From the IMG/VR virus record IMGVR_UViG_3300042514_001512: a stretch of DNA of 64,000 nt, one strand, 5' to 3'. This document shows, one piece after another, positions 1 to 10,745 of the stretch; within the stretch, counting starts at the first letter, position 1, and each line of letters starts with the position of its first letter. This DNA is from an uncultured virus (IMG/VR IMGVR_UViG_3300042514_001512) (lineage: Duplodnaviria > Heunggongvirae > Uroviricota > Caudoviricetes). The notes beneath the pieces were generated by a model. It worked only from the letters and a program-made list of their open reading frames with translations. It made no database searches and was not told the DNA's origin. A program made the position numbers and the translations under genes.

Positions 1-2610
1 CCAACAAATACTCCTACACCAACAAACACACCAACACCAGGATTATCACCAACCCAAACACCGACTAACACTCCAACTAACACTCAAACACCGACTAATA
101 CGACAACAAACACACCAACAAATACTCCAACAAACACACCAACAAATACACCAACTAAAACACCAACAAATACTGTAACACCAACAAATACTGTAACCCC
201 AACAAATACTGAAACGCCAACAAATACTCCCACCCCAACAAATACACTTACACCAACAAATACAGTAACACCAACAAATACTTCAACTCCAGCAAATACT
301 GAAACGCCAACAAATACACCAACACCAACAAATACCCTTACACCAACAAATACAGTAACACCAACAAATACACCTACACCAACTAAAACTCCAAGCCAAA
401 CGCCAACTAAAACTCCAACTAAAACTCCAACTAAAACTCCAACCCAAACTCCAACGCCAACTAAAACTCCAACCCAAACCCAAACTCCAACCCAAACTCC
501 AACTCCTACATCAACGTATATTCCGTCTTGGGACTGTAATGGTATTTATTGTTTTGACCCAGGTGATGGTACAGGATATTTTTCTACATTTGAAGAGTGT
601 GACAGTGTATGTAACACTTATGATTGTGTCGAGGGTAATTGTGTACAAAATTTAACTGGTGAGGGAGAATATGTTGGTATAATTGAGTGTTTAACTTTTT
701 GTTTACCAACACCAACTCCAACCCAAACACCAACTAATACACCAACTAACACTCCAACACCAACTGAAACGCCAACTAACACACCTACACCAACTGAAAC
801 GCCGACCCAAACACCAACCCAAACACCAACTAACACTTCAACACCAACTAACACTCCAACGCCAACTGAAACGCCAACTAATACTCCAACGCCAACTGAA
901 ACGCCAACTAACACACCTACACCAACTGAAACACCAACCCAAACACCAACTAACACACCTACACCAACTAACACACCTACACCAACTGAAACTCCAACCC
1001 AAACACCAACTAACACCCCAACGCCAACTAACACACCTACACCAACCCAAACACCAACCCAAACACCAACTAACACTCCAACACCAACTAACACACCTAC
1101 ACCAACTGAAACTCCAACCCAAACACCAACTAACACCCCAACGCCAACTGAAACTCCAACAAATACCCCAACTGAAACACCAACAAATACTCCAACTGAA
1201 ACGCCAACTGAAACGCCAACTAATACTCCAACCCAAACTAACACACCAAGTCCAACTGAAACTCCAACAAATACTCCAACTGAAACTCCAACAAATACCC
1301 CAACTGAAACTCCAACAAATACTCCAACTGAAACTCCAACAAATACGCCCACCCCAACTGAAACACCAACAAATACTCCAACTGAAACGCCAACCCCAAC
1401 TGAAACTCCAACAAATACCCCAACTGAAACTCCAACAAATACTCCAACTGAAACTCCAACAAATACGCCAACCCCAACTGAAACTCCAACAAATACACCA
1501 ACTGAAACTCCAACAAATACTCCAACAGAAACTCCTACCCAAACTCCGACCCAAACGCCAACTGAAACTCCGACAAATACTCCAACTGAAACTCCAACAA
1601 ATACCCCTACACCAACTAACACTCCGACACCAACAGTTACGCCAACACCAACTAACACTCCAACACCAACTGAAACGCCAACAAATACCCCAACTGAAAC
1701 TCCAACAAATACCCCAACTGAAACTCCAACAAATACTCCAACTGAAACTCCAACAAATACTCCAACTGAAACTCCAACAAATACACCAACCCCAACTGAA
1801 ACTCCAACAAATACCCCAACTGAAACTCCGACAAATACTCCTACCCAAACTGAAACACCAACAAATACTCCAACAAATACTCCAACGCCAACTCAAACTC
1901 CAACGCCAACTGAAACACCAACAAATACCCCAACTAACACTCCAACACCAACTCAAACACCTACACCAACTAACACTCCGACACCAACAGTCACACTTGG
2001 GTTAACTCCAACACCAACAAATACTTCAACCCCGACAAATACTATAACGCCAACAAATACCCCTACGCCAACAAATACTCCAACCCAAACACCGACTAAC
2101 ACCCCAACCCCAACAAATACACCAACCCAAACATCAACTAACACCCCAACCCAAACTAACACTCCAACAAATACACCAACTCAAACACCAACAAATACTC
2201 CAACAAATACTCTAACACCTACACCAACAAATACACCAACAAATACACCAACAAATACACCAACAAATACTGTGACTCCAACCCAAACACCAACTAACAC
2301 TCCAACCCAAACACCAACTAACACTCCAACACCAACTGAAACGCCAACACCAACACCAACAAATACACCAACAAATACACCAACTCAAACTCCAACTCAA
2401 ACTCCAACCCAAACACAAACAAATACTCCAACAAATACTGTAACTAACACCCAAACTCCAACAAATACGCCAACCCCAACTGAAACACCAACAAATACAC
2501 CAACTGAAACTCCAACAAATACTCCAACAAACACTCCAACAAATACGCCAACCCAAACTAACACTCCAACTAATACTGTAACACCAACAGTTACACCAAC
2601 ATCACCACCA
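1..2610 (+). repeat. Coding low-complexity tandem repeat (units such as ACTGAAACTCCAACAAATACTCCA = TETPTNTP), interrupted at ~517-705
   Basis: Visible C/A-rich degenerate repeats with synonymous third-position variation. Confidence 0.95.
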
Positions 2611-3807
2611 GAATTACCAATTTATACTGGTGAAACTGTTTGTGATATTCCATATAACATTAACACAGGGATTACAGGTTCTTGGCAGATTACAGTTCAG
2701 TTAGGTTCGTATGTGGGAACTGTTTCAAGTATTTTTAATGCATATCAGGTACCAGATAAGTTCCAAGTTTTTTGGAATGGGAATTTGGTTATTGATACAG
2801 GATTTAGGGGTAACGCTATTTTTAATCCACAATTAAATACCTTAGGATATCCAAGTGTTGTAGGTGGAGGTTTTGTTTCCACTTCTTGGACTAAATCAAC
2901 AGCGTTTCCTGATTTCGCAACAGTTGTGGTTACCGCACCTATTGATTCAACTAGATTTTATTTTAAATTGGGATGTCCGACTGTAACACCAACTCCAACC
3001 CAAACTCCAACCCAAACACCAACACCAACAAATACTCCAACTAATACTCCAACACCTACACCTTTACCGATAATACCACTATGTTCTGTATTAATTAATG
3101 GGGGTGTTGACGTATACGCCTATTTTCCATCATCAAATACTAACGTATTGTTAGGTAATTCTTTTCCTTTTTCCCCAGATATTGCACATACAACAACTAA
3201 ACTATGGTTGTATGATGGGACAATTCTAGAATATGACATAACATTAAGTCCTTGGTCGGCAACGTTCAACAGAACTATCGAATGCCCTTTAGGTGTTAAT
3301 TTAGGGAATGGTTTAGGCTCCATTACCAACACTGAGTTAATCTCAACAGACGATACAGTAACTCCTAATCAAATAATTGTTTTAGATATTACCACAAGTA
3401 CCGCAGTCTCAACTGTAATTGGAACACTAGGGGTTGGTAGGTATGTTTCGGGTGATATTTTATTAACAACTACAAATAAAATATTAGTTACTAATGAAGG
3501 TAATGATGGAGTATTCCTTAGTCAATATAGTTATCCGTCAGGTACTTTTGAAGTTGAGGTCGATATTACGTCAACCACAAGCCAACCGTATGGTTTATTT
3601 ATTGATAGTGGTAATATATATGTTTGTAACAGTGGTGGTGAAATATATAATGTTGATGTTAACTTCCCATACACACAAACATTATCTAATATCTCAGGAT
3701 TATTTGTTGGAGGAGCATCTCAAGTACTAAGTTGTTGTGATACTAACCTAAACTTACCACCAACTCCTACACCAACAAATACTCCAACACCTACACCAAT
3801 CGCATAA
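1..3807 (+). CDS. 5'-truncated giant Thr/Pro-rich (mucin-like) protein, >=1268 aa, with a Cys-rich module and C-terminal beta-rich domains; probable virion surface/fibre protein
   Basis: Frame +1 read by hand has no stop from base 1 to TAA at 3805-3807; the track's GTG at 2272 is internal. [14 protein letters not shown] repeats at 1-516 and ~706-2610. Globular parts include [24 protein letters not shown] and a propeller-like region ([29 protein letters not shown]). Confidence 0.85.
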   Translation, partial: PTNTPTPTNTPTPGLSPTQTPTNTPTNTQTPTNTTTNTPTNTPTNTPTNTPTKTPTNTVTPTNTVTPTNTETPTNTPTPTNTLTPTNTVTPTNTSTPANTETPTNTPTPTNTLTPTNTVTPTNTPTPTKTPSQTPTKTPTKTPTKTPTQTPTPTKTPTQTQTPTQTPTPTSTYIPSWDCNGIYCFDPGDGTGYFSTFEECDSVCNTYDCVEGNCVQNLTGEGEYVGIIECLTFCLPTPTPTQTPTNTPTNTPTPTETPTNTPTPTETPTQTPTQTPTNTSTPTNTPTPTETPTNTPTPTETPTNTPTPTETPTQTPTNTPTPTNTPTPTETPTQTPTNTPTPTNTPTPTQTPTQTPTNTPTPTNTPTPTETPTQTPTNTPTPTETPTNTPTETPTNTPTETPTETPTNTPTQTNTPSPTETPTNTPTETPTNTPTETPTNTPTETPTNTPTPTETPTNTPTETPTPTETPTNTPTETPTNTPTETPTNTPTPTETPTNTPTETPTNTPTETPTQTPTQTPTETPTNTPTETPTNTPTPTNTPTPTVTPTPTNTPTPTETPTNTPTETPTNTPTETPTNTPTETPTNTPTETPTNTPTPTETPTNTPTETPTNTPTQTETPTNTPTNTPTPTQTPTPTETPTNTPTNTPTPTQTPTPTNTPTPTVTLGLTPTPTNTSTPTNTITPTNTPTPTNTPTQTPTNTPTPTNTPTQTSTNTPTQTNTPTNTPTQTPTNTPTNTLTPTPTNTPTNTPTNTPTNTVTPTQTPTNTPTQTPTNTPTPTETPTPTPTNTPTNTPTQTPTQTPTQTQTNTPTNTVTNTQTPTNTPTPTETPTNTPTETPTNTPTNTPTNTPTQTNTPTNTVTPTVTPTSPPELPIYTGETVCDIPYNINTGITGSWQITVQLGSYVGTVSSIFNAYQVPDKFQVFWNGNLVIDTGFRGNAIFNPQLNTLGYPSVVGGGFVSTSWTKSTAFPDFATVVVTAPIDSTRFYFKLGCPTVTPTPTQTPTQTPTPTNTPTNTPTPTPLPIIPLCSVLINGGVDVYAYFPSSNTNVLLGNSFPFSPDIAHTTTKLWLYDGTILEYDITLSPWSATFNRTIECPLGVNLGNGLGSITNTELISTDDTVTPNQIIVLDITTSTAVSTVIGTLGVGRYVSGDILLTTTNKILVTNEGNDGVFLSQYSYPSGTFEVEVDITSTTSQPYGLFIDSGNIYVCNSGGEIYNVDVNFPYTQTLSNISGLFVGGASQVLSCCDTNLNLPPTPTPTNTPTPTPIA

Positions 3808-3895
3808 CCAACAACAGAATTATTCATAAAAAAACTAAAGGGTAATACTTTATTAACAACAAATATTTTTTATATTTTATTTAAAAATAAAAACC

Positions 3896-5143
3896 ATGAA
3901 AATATTTGTTCAGATAGCCTCTTATCGTGACCCCCAACTTATCCCAACAATCAAATCAATGTTGGAGAATGCCAAAAACCCAAAAAATTTAGTAATCGGA
4001 ATTTGTCGTCAATACCATCCTGAGGATGGGTTTGATGATTTATCAGAATATGCTAAAGATAAACGATTTAGAGTTATTGATGTTTTATATTCTGACGCTA
4101 AAGGAGTTTGTTGGGCAAGAAACCAAGTTCAACAATTATATAAAGGTGAAGAATATACCCTACAAATAGACTCTCATATGAGATTTGAAAAATATTGGGA
4201 CGATACCTTAATCAAAATGGTTAAACAACTTCAAAAGAAAGGATTTGAGAAGCCTTTATTAACAGGATACGTATCTTCATTTGACCCGGACAATGACCCG
4301 GCAGGTAGAGTTACGGTACCTTGGAGAATGGCTTTTGATAGATTTATTCCTGAAGGAGCGGTATTCTTTTTACCTGAAACAATTCCTGGATGGGAAACCC
4401 TTAAAGAACCGGTTACTTCACGATTTTATTCTGCCCATATGGCATTCACTCTTGGTCAATTTAGCGTTGAAGTTCAACACGACCCTGAATTTTATTTTCA
4501 CGGAGAAGAGATATCAATCGCCGTTAGAGCATTCACTCACGGATATGATTTATTCCACCCACATAAAGTTGTGATTTGGCACGAATACACCCGTAAAGGT
4601 AGAACAAAACAATGGGACGACGATAAAGAGTGGGGTAAGAAAAATGAATTATCCCATAAAAAAAATCGTCAACTATTTGGTATGGATGGTGAAGAGGTAA
4701 CAATGGATTTTAGTTATTATGGATTTGGAACCGAAAGAACTTTAAAAGACTATGAGATTTATTCAGGTCTTAGATTTTCAAATAGAGCGGCACAACAATA
4801 TACTTTAGATAAACATTATGCTCCTAATCCAACAATTTATGAAACTGAAGAGGAATGGTTGGCAAGTTACGCTACTATTTTTAAACATTGTATTGATGTT
4901 GGTTTTACTCAAGTTCCAGAAAATGACTATGATTTTTGGGCGGTAATTTTTGAGGGTAGTAATGGTAATGAGTTATATAGGAAAGATGCGGATAAGGAAG
5001 AAATCAATCGATTAAAATCTGACAAAGACGGATATTGTAAAATATGGAGAGATTTTCAAACAACTGAAAAACCAAATAAATGGATTGTATGGCCACATAG
5101 TGAGTCTAAAGGTTGGTGTGATATAATAACAGGTAACTTATAA
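3896..5143 (+). CDS. GT60 / GlcNAc-family glycosyltransferase (Gnt1/OGNT-like polypeptide alpha-GlcNAc transferase)
   Basis: IFVQIASYRDP, KGVCWAR, LQIDSHMRF (DSH metal motif), FHGEE and HGYDLFHP match this family. Confidence 0.8.
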   Translation: MKIFVQIASYRDPQLIPTIKSMLENAKNPKNLVIGICRQYHPEDGFDDLSEYAKDKRFRVIDVLYSDAKGVCWARNQVQQLYKGEEYTLQIDSHMRFEKYWDDTLIKMVKQLQKKGFEKPLLTGYVSSFDPDNDPAGRVTVPWRMAFDRFIPEGAVFFLPETIPGWETLKEPVTSRFYSAHMAFTLGQFSVEVQHDPEFYFHGEEISIAVRAFTHGYDLFHPHKVVIWHEYTRKGRTKQWDDDKEWGKKNELSHKKNRQLFGMDGEEVTMDFSYYGFGTERTLKDYEIYSGLRFSNRAAQQYTLDKHYAPNPTIYETEEEWLASYATIFKHCIDVGFTQVPENDYDFWAVIFEGSNGNELYRKDADKEEINRLKSDKDGYCKIWRDFQTTEKPNKWIVWPHSESKGWCDIITGNL

Positions 5144-5145
5144 AA

Positions 5146-5994
5146 ATGGTTAAAATTTACGATGAATATGATTCATATTTAGAGGGAGGACATTTTTCAT
5201 CACCAAGAAAAAATTTGGGGAATAAATTGTTTATATATTCCGCTTGTAGAATAATTAGTGAACTATTAGGGTATGAGTTAATATCTCCCGAAAACGCGTT
5301 AGTAAGAAGAGAAGATACCGAAAATGGACAATATAAAGAAATCCTATTCCCATTTAAAGGTGTTAAAGGAAATATTGTGGATGACCCAATTAAAGTTATT
5401 CAAGATGGCGACATCATACAATTAGGTAGTATTGAAAATTTAATACAATCCTACCCAAATCATGGATTTTTAAATCAATCATATTTTTCAAAATATGATT
5501 ACATTAAACCATATAAGACTAAGGTTAAAGAATATTTTAAAAGTATCGTTAAAGATAAAAGGGTTGGTAACGATTTAGTAATTATGTTAAGAAGTAGTAA
5601 TTACGACGGAAGTTTTGTTTTACCCGACAGTTATTACCTTAATATTATATCTCAAGAAACTTTTGATAATTTATATATTTCATTTGACCATATAAACAAA
5701 CATCAATCATTAATTAATAAATTAGAGAAATATAACCCTAAATTAATTGATGGTGATATACTTGAAGTTTTTTCAGAAATCACATCATTTAATACAATAA
5801 TCGCCGCTCAAGGAACATTTTCTTTTTGGGCTTGTTTTTTATCTAACGCCAATAAAATATATTGGCCGATTACCAATGATGGTCCAAATTCCGGTAAAAA
5901 CTCAAATAACCCCGTGTTTAACTCATATGTTAATTTAACGGTCGATGATGAACCAAGATATGAATTAATAAACGTAACAGATATATACAAATGA
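5146..5994 (+). CDS. GT11-like (alpha-1,2-fucosyltransferase family) glycosyltransferase, divergent
   Basis: NLGNKLFIY (cf. GLGNQLFQY), MLRSSNY (cf. HIRRGDY), IAAQGTFSFWACFL (cf. IANSTFSWWAAYL). Confidence 0.7.
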   Translation: MVKIYDEYDSYLEGGHFSSPRKNLGNKLFIYSACRIISELLGYELISPENALVRREDTENGQYKEILFPFKGVKGNIVDDPIKVIQDGDIIQLGSIENLIQSYPNHGFLNQSYFSKYDYIKPYKTKVKEYFKSIVKDKRVGNDLVIMLRSSNYDGSFVLPDSYYLNIISQETFDNLYISFDHINKHQSLINKLEKYNPKLIDGDILEVFSEITSFNTIIAAQGTFSFWACFLSNANKIYWPITNDGPNSGKNSNNPVFNSYVNLTVDDEPRYELINVTDIYK

Positions 5995-6671
5995 TAAAAA
6001 CAATCAATTTTAGTCTTTTTGGTACTGAAATGAAGTATTACATGGGAGCCGAAAAAAATGTTATAATTAATAAAGAATTATTACCAGATTGGACAACCGT
6101 AATATATTACCATCCTCAAAACATAATTCAAGGTTATGTCGAAAAACTGTCTTCATTAGGTGCGACAATGGTGGATGTGTCAAATATAAAGTTAGGTGAT
6201 AAAGAATCAATTCACTTCCCATATTTTTGGAGATTTCTTTCATTTTTACAAGACAGTCCCTCAATAGTTAGAGATTTGGACAGTAGAATTTCTGAAAGAG
6301 AAGTAAAATATATTAGAAAATGGGAAGAAACAAATAAAGATTATTTTATTATCCGAGACCATCCGTGGCATGCACCCGTACCAAGTGGGTTATTTGGTAT
6401 TAAGAAAAAAATAGAAGAGTTTGAAAAACACTTTATTGAGTTTGTTAATATTGATGAGTTACGTTGGGGGTCCGACCAAGAAATTTTAAGAATTTATATG
6501 GAAAATATTAGTGACGAAAATGTGTTTTATTGTGGTTACGATATTCAAACCAATTATATACCTAGAGACGATAAAACTTTTTTTATTGGAATGCAAATGA
6601 ATGAAAATGATGAACCAACAGTCCCAAGTGGTGTACAGTGTTTAAATTACCTAAACGAAATAAATTTATAA
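5991..6671 (+). CDS. Putative GT-A glycosyltransferase
   Basis: FSLFG...KY, FWRF, RDLDSR (DxD), RDHPWH, GSDQ; lies in the GT cluster with an overlapping start/stop. Confidence 0.55.
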   Translation: MIKTINFSLFGTEMKYYMGAEKNVIINKELLPDWTTVIYYHPQNIIQGYVEKLSSLGATMVDVSNIKLGDKESIHFPYFWRFLSFLQDSPSIVRDLDSRISEREVKYIRKWEETNKDYFIIRDHPWHAPVPSGLFGIKKKIEEFEKHFIEFVNIDELRWGSDQEILRIYMENISDENVFYCGYDIQTNYIPRDDKTFFIGMQMNENDEPTVPSGVQCLNYLNEINL

Positions 6672-6672
6672 A

Positions 6673-7434
6673 ATGAAGTATTGTTTTACAACTTTGGCTG
6701 TCGGTGAGCCATATGAAGAATTAACCGCAAAGTTATACACAAGTTTAAGAGATAAAACTCAAAACTGTGAATTTTTTATAACAACAAATAACCCTAACTT
6801 CCCTGATTTAGGTGAAAAAATTCACATTAATAGAGAGTCATTACAAAGTCTACACGATTCTAAAGGTGGATTTAGTTTTCATTTAAATTATAAGTGTTTA
6901 TCAATTAAACACGTTTTGTCTAATGAAAAACAAATGTTATCATTAGACCCAGAATTTAAAAAATTTGATTACGTAATCTTTACTGACGGTGATTGGATTT
7001 TGGAAAGCGGGTTTTCTGAAGAGAAGATTTTAAATATGTTAAATTATATGGAAACTGAAGGATTTGATTTTGCATTTGAAAGACCTGCAAGTATCGGTGA
7101 TGGTAGACGAGACCCTGAAAATAGTTTCTATAGAGATAAAATTTATGATTATGATATATTAGAATATGATAAATGGGATGAGGCTCACGTTGTTAATGAA
7201 CAATGTTTGGTATTTAAAAATAATTATAAATTTAGATTTTTTGCTCAAAGATGGGAACAATTTTTATGGTATTCAATCCATAACGATATTAGAAACTACC
7301 CTGACGGTTTTGAGATTGGAGTATCGGCTTTAGAAGCAGGGATGAAATGGAACTACAATGGAGTGTTTAATCACTTTTTACAAGGATGTTTCGGATTTTA
7401 TACTAAACTTGGTGATTATCACATTAGATTTTAA
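6673..7434 (+). CDS. Putative GT-A glycosyltransferase / nucleotide-sugar transferase
   Basis: N-terminal FTTLAVG strand, FDYVIFTDGD (DxD); cluster context. Confidence 0.5.
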   Translation: MKYCFTTLAVGEPYEELTAKLYTSLRDKTQNCEFFITTNNPNFPDLGEKIHINRESLQSLHDSKGGFSFHLNYKCLSIKHVLSNEKQMLSLDPEFKKFDYVIFTDGDWILESGFSEEKILNMLNYMETEGFDFAFERPASIGDGRRDPENSFYRDKIYDYDILEYDKWDEAHVVNEQCLVFKNNYKFRFFAQRWEQFLWYSIHNDIRNYPDGFEIGVSALEAGMKWNYNGVFNHFLQGCFGFYTKLGDYHIRF

Positions 7435-7451
7435 TTATATATATATATATT

Positions 7452-7988
7452 ATGTCACACAAAGAACAACAAGATTTCCTAACGTATGTTAGAGACAAAT
7501 TCCCAAATAAATTTGAGAATTGTAGAGTTTTAGATATCGGCTCATTAGATATCAATGGTAATAACAGGTATTTGTTTACAAATTACGAATACATCGGACT
7601 AGATATTGGTGAAGGAAACAACGTAGATGTTGTATGTAGAGGTCACGAATATAATGATGAAAAATTATTTGACGTAATTGTGTCTTCAGAATGTTTTGAA
7701 CACGATGAATTTTGGGAATTAACAATAAAGAAAGGTATCGATTTACTTAAACCAAATGGCGTGTTTTTATTTACTTGCGCTACAACAGGTAGACCGGAAC
7801 ACGGAACAAAAAGAACATCACCAAGCGATAGTCCATTTACTTCAAGTTTAGAGAACGATTATTATCGAAATTTAGAAGAAGATGATATTCGACAATCAAT
7901 TAATGTTGATGAAATATTTTCAGAATATGAATTTCAGAGTAGACTAAATTGGCCACAAGATTTGTATTTTTGGGGTATTAAAAAATAA
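7452..7988 (+). CDS. Class I SAM-dependent methyltransferase
   Basis: VLDIGS motif I, YIGLD, FDVIVSSECFEH, LLKPNG. Confidence 0.85.
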   Translation: MSHKEQQDFLTYVRDKFPNKFENCRVLDIGSLDINGNNRYLFTNYEYIGLDIGEGNNVDVVCRGHEYNDEKLFDVIVSSECFEHDEFWELTIKKGIDLLKPNGVFLFTCATTGRPEHGTKRTSPSDSPFTSSLENDYYRNLEEDDIRQSINVDEIFSEYEFQSRLNWPQDLYFWGIKK

Positions 7989-7991
7989 AAT

Positions 7992-8915
7992 ATGAAATCA
8001 AAAATTGTAACGGCTTATTGGATGGATGTTGAGGGGTATCCATTTCAAGGAGTACTTCCAGTTAGAAAAATAAGATATCAAGGTTCTTTAATTTCTCATT
8101 GTACTGGTAGTGGACTACCGGTTATTTGCTATACTCATAGTAAAAATTATGACGAACTTAATGATATTAAAGTAAAGTATAATTTAACTAATTTAGAGTT
8201 GAAAATATTAGAATTATCTGATGTGAAATATCACACTGAAATTGAAATGATTAGAAATAATAATTTTGATACCGATTTGGATGGTAGAGGTCCTGAAATA
8301 ATGTGGGGAAAATTTGATGTGTTAGAAAGAGAACTTGACGGATTTGATAGGGTTTATTGGGTGGATGTTGGTTTACAACACCCGGGCATATTCCCTTGGA
8401 TGTACTCTAAAGTTCACAATGAGAATTCTGAAAATTTAGGCGTACCAACAAATTGGTGGGCTCATTTAGATGTGTTTAATTTTTCAAAATTAATTGATAG
8501 TGAAGTGTATGATAAATTAAATAAAATCTGTGAAAATAAAATAATGTTTGTTTGTTCATATGGTCCTCAAATAAGTTATCCGTTTTTAAATTATGGAATA
8601 TTAAACAAATCGTTTGAATCTCCATACCCGGTTGGTGGTATGTTTGGTGGGGATGTTCAAGTATTAAAGAAATATATAAATTTATTTTGGGAATTCACTG
8701 AGAAAATTTTAGAAAAAAACTTACTTTGTACAGAAGAAGTAATTATGAAACCGTCCTACGATTTAATTGATAACGATGAAAAGGTTACACTTATGTTTAA
8801 CGCGTTTGCGTCTGGGGAACACGATGATTATCACTACACTATGTGGAATGAAGGAAAAAATACACCAAAACCTTTCTATATGATGTGGCACAATATAAAA
8901 AATTTTAAAATATGA
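7992..8915 (+). CDS. HtrL/WlaTC-like glycosyltransferase
   Basis: IVTAYW, KFDVL, YWVDVGL, VGGMFGG, TEEVIM. Confidence 0.6.
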   Translation: MKSKIVTAYWMDVEGYPFQGVLPVRKIRYQGSLISHCTGSGLPVICYTHSKNYDELNDIKVKYNLTNLELKILELSDVKYHTEIEMIRNNNFDTDLDGRGPEIMWGKFDVLERELDGFDRVYWVDVGLQHPGIFPWMYSKVHNENSENLGVPTNWWAHLDVFNFSKLIDSEVYDKLNKICENKIMFVCSYGPQISYPFLNYGILNKSFESPYPVGGMFGGDVQVLKKYINLFWEFTEKILEKNLLCTEEVIMKPSYDLIDNDEKVTLMFNAFASGEHDDYHYTMWNEGKNTPKPFYMMWHNIKNFKI

Positions 8916-10588
8916 ATAAAATAACATTAGTAACCGGTTTATGGGATTTAGGTAGAGATAAACTCACCGAAGGGTGGTCTCGGACATATCAACATTATTT
9001 AGATAAATTTCAACAACTTTTACAAGTTGATGTAAATATGATAATTTTTGGTGATGAGGAATTAGAAAAATTTGTTTCAGAGAATAGACGTAATGAAAAT
9101 ACACAATTTGTTCGCAGAGAGTTATCTTGGTTTAAAAATAATGATTTTTATGATAAAATACAAAAGATAAGAACCAATCCTGATTGGTATAATCAAGTTG
9201 GTTGGTTAACAGAGTCAACTCAAGCTAAACTAGAGATGTATAACCCTTTAGTTATGTCTAAAATTTATCTTTTACACGACGCAAAAATTTTAGATAAGTT
9301 TAATTCAGAATATATGTTTTGGATTGACGCGGGATTAACAAATACAATTCACCCTGGATATTTTACAAGTGATAAGGTTTTAGATAAACTACCTAAGTTA
9401 GTTAAGAATTTCCATTTTGTTTGTTTTCCTTATGAAACAACTAGTGAGATTCACGGATTTAAATATCAAGAGTTATGTGAATTAGCAGGAAAACCTGTTA
9501 ATATGGTTGCAAGAGCAGGATTCTTTGGTGGAAAAAAAGATTTTATTTCTGAAATAAATAGTTTATACTATGGATTAATGAACGATACATTATCCCAAGG
9601 ATTGATGGGAACTGAAGAGTCGTTATTTACAATTATGACATACAAATACCCTAATTTAATTACTTATTCTGAAATTGAAGGTAATGGGTTAATGGGTAAA
9701 TTTTTTGAGGATTTAAAAGATATGACAGTTGAGGTAAAATCGGAAGTATCAAAAGATGTTGTTGTTAATAATTTGGACACATCAAAAGTTGGATTATACG
9801 TGATTACTTTTAACTCACCAAAACAATTGGAGGTTCTTATTCAGTCAATGTTAGATTACGATAAAGATTTTGTAGAGAAACCAAAGAAATTCTTATTAGA
9901 TAATTCAACTGATTTATCAACAACACCAAGATATCTTGAACTATGTGAACAATATGGTTTTGAACATATTAAAAAAAATAATATAGGTATTGTTGGTGGT
10001 AGAGTATTTGTTGCCGAACATTTTGATGAAACTGATTTGGATTTTTATTATTGGTTTGAAGATGACATGTCATTTTATCCTAAAAAGAATGAAGTTTGTA
10101 GAAATGGTTTTCCTCGTTTTGTGGGTAACTTATATCAAAAATCATTAGAGATTATTCAAAAAGAAAATTTTGATTTTTTAAAATTAAATTTTAGTGAATT
10201 TTACGGCTCAAACGATATTCAATTCTCATGGTATAATGTGCCCCAAGATTTCAGACAAAAACATTGGCCAAACAATCCTAAATTACCTGTACAAGGATTA
10301 GACACCAATTCCCCCAAAACAAAATTTGATGAAATACATATTCACAAAGGATTACCATATGTATTGGGTGAGATTTTTTTATGTAATTGGCCAATTGTAT
10401 TAACAAAAGAGGGTAATTATAAATGTTATTTAGAGACAAAATGGGCTCACCCTCACGAACAGGTACTAATGAGTTATTCTTATCAAGAAACGGTTAAAGG
10501 TAATATTAAACCGGGATTACTGTTATTAACACCAACAGAACACAATCGATTTGACCATTATGACGGCTCATTAAGAAAAGAAAGTTAG
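8912..10588 (+). CDS. Two-domain glycosyltransferase: HtrL/WlaTC-like N-terminus plus GT2-like C-terminus
   Basis: N-terminus: LVTGLWDLGR, FWIDAGL, AGFFGG, GTEESLF. C-terminus: YVITFNSP, LLDNST, NIGIVGGR, WFEDD. Confidence 0.65.
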   Translation: MNKITLVTGLWDLGRDKLTEGWSRTYQHYLDKFQQLLQVDVNMIIFGDEELEKFVSENRRNENTQFVRRELSWFKNNDFYDKIQKIRTNPDWYNQVGWLTESTQAKLEMYNPLVMSKIYLLHDAKILDKFNSEYMFWIDAGLTNTIHPGYFTSDKVLDKLPKLVKNFHFVCFPYETTSEIHGFKYQELCELAGKPVNMVARAGFFGGKKDFISEINSLYYGLMNDTLSQGLMGTEESLFTIMTYKYPNLITYSEIEGNGLMGKFFEDLKDMTVEVKSEVSKDVVVNNLDTSKVGLYVITFNSPKQLEVLIQSMLDYDKDFVEKPKKFLLDNSTDLSTTPRYLELCEQYGFEHIKKNNIGIVGGRVFVAEHFDETDLDFYYWFEDDMSFYPKKNEVCRNGFPRFVGNLYQKSLEIIQKENFDFLKLNFSEFYGSNDIQFSWYNVPQDFRQKHWPNNPKLPVQGLDTNSPKTKFDEIHIHKGLPYVLGEIFLCNWPIVLTKEGNYKCYLETKWAHPHEQVLMSYSYQETVKGNIKPGLLLLTPTEHNRFDHYDGSLRKES

Positions 10589-10710
10589 TTTAATATTTTA
10601 TCGTTTTTTTTTAAATTATCTTCAGCCCATAGTGGTTGAAGATTTGTGTAATGACAAAATTTACACATCCCTTCTTTAGTTTTTGATGATGATGATAAAT
10701 AAAAAATAAT
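10585..10710 (-). pseudogene. Relic C-terminus of an HNH homing endonuclease
   Basis: Minus strand reads IIFYLSSSSKTKEGMCKFCHYTNLQPLWAEDNLKKNDKILN*, matching the CHYTNLQPLW..N..K tail of phage HNH endonucleases. An in-frame stop lies just upstream and there is no DH motif. Confidence 0.7.
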
Positions 10711-10745
10711 TTTGTTTTATCAAGTATTTATAATAAAAACTTTAA

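Noticed and set aside
2272..2274. GTG start given by the ORF track
   Set aside because: Internal Val codon; the frame is open back to base 1.
283..2556. Minus-strand ORFs rich in VGV, WSFSW or LLEFQL
   Set aside because: Antisense shadows of the Thr/Pro repeat; the plus frame carries the globular domains.
1..2610. CRISPR array, telomere-like or DGR repeat
   Set aside because: No constant repeat with unique spacers, variation follows codon structure, and no cas or reverse transcriptase gene is in the window.
3896..10588. GT cluster as a DNA hypermodification or host LPS locus
   Set aside because: Not excluded, but no base-hydroxymethylase, flippase or polymerase genes are adjacent, and the lead enzyme belongs to a protein-acting family.
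10618..10643. Hairpin ATCTTCAGCC/GGTTGAAGAT as a terminator
   Set aside because: Poor U tract, and it lies inside the HNH relic, so it may be incidental.
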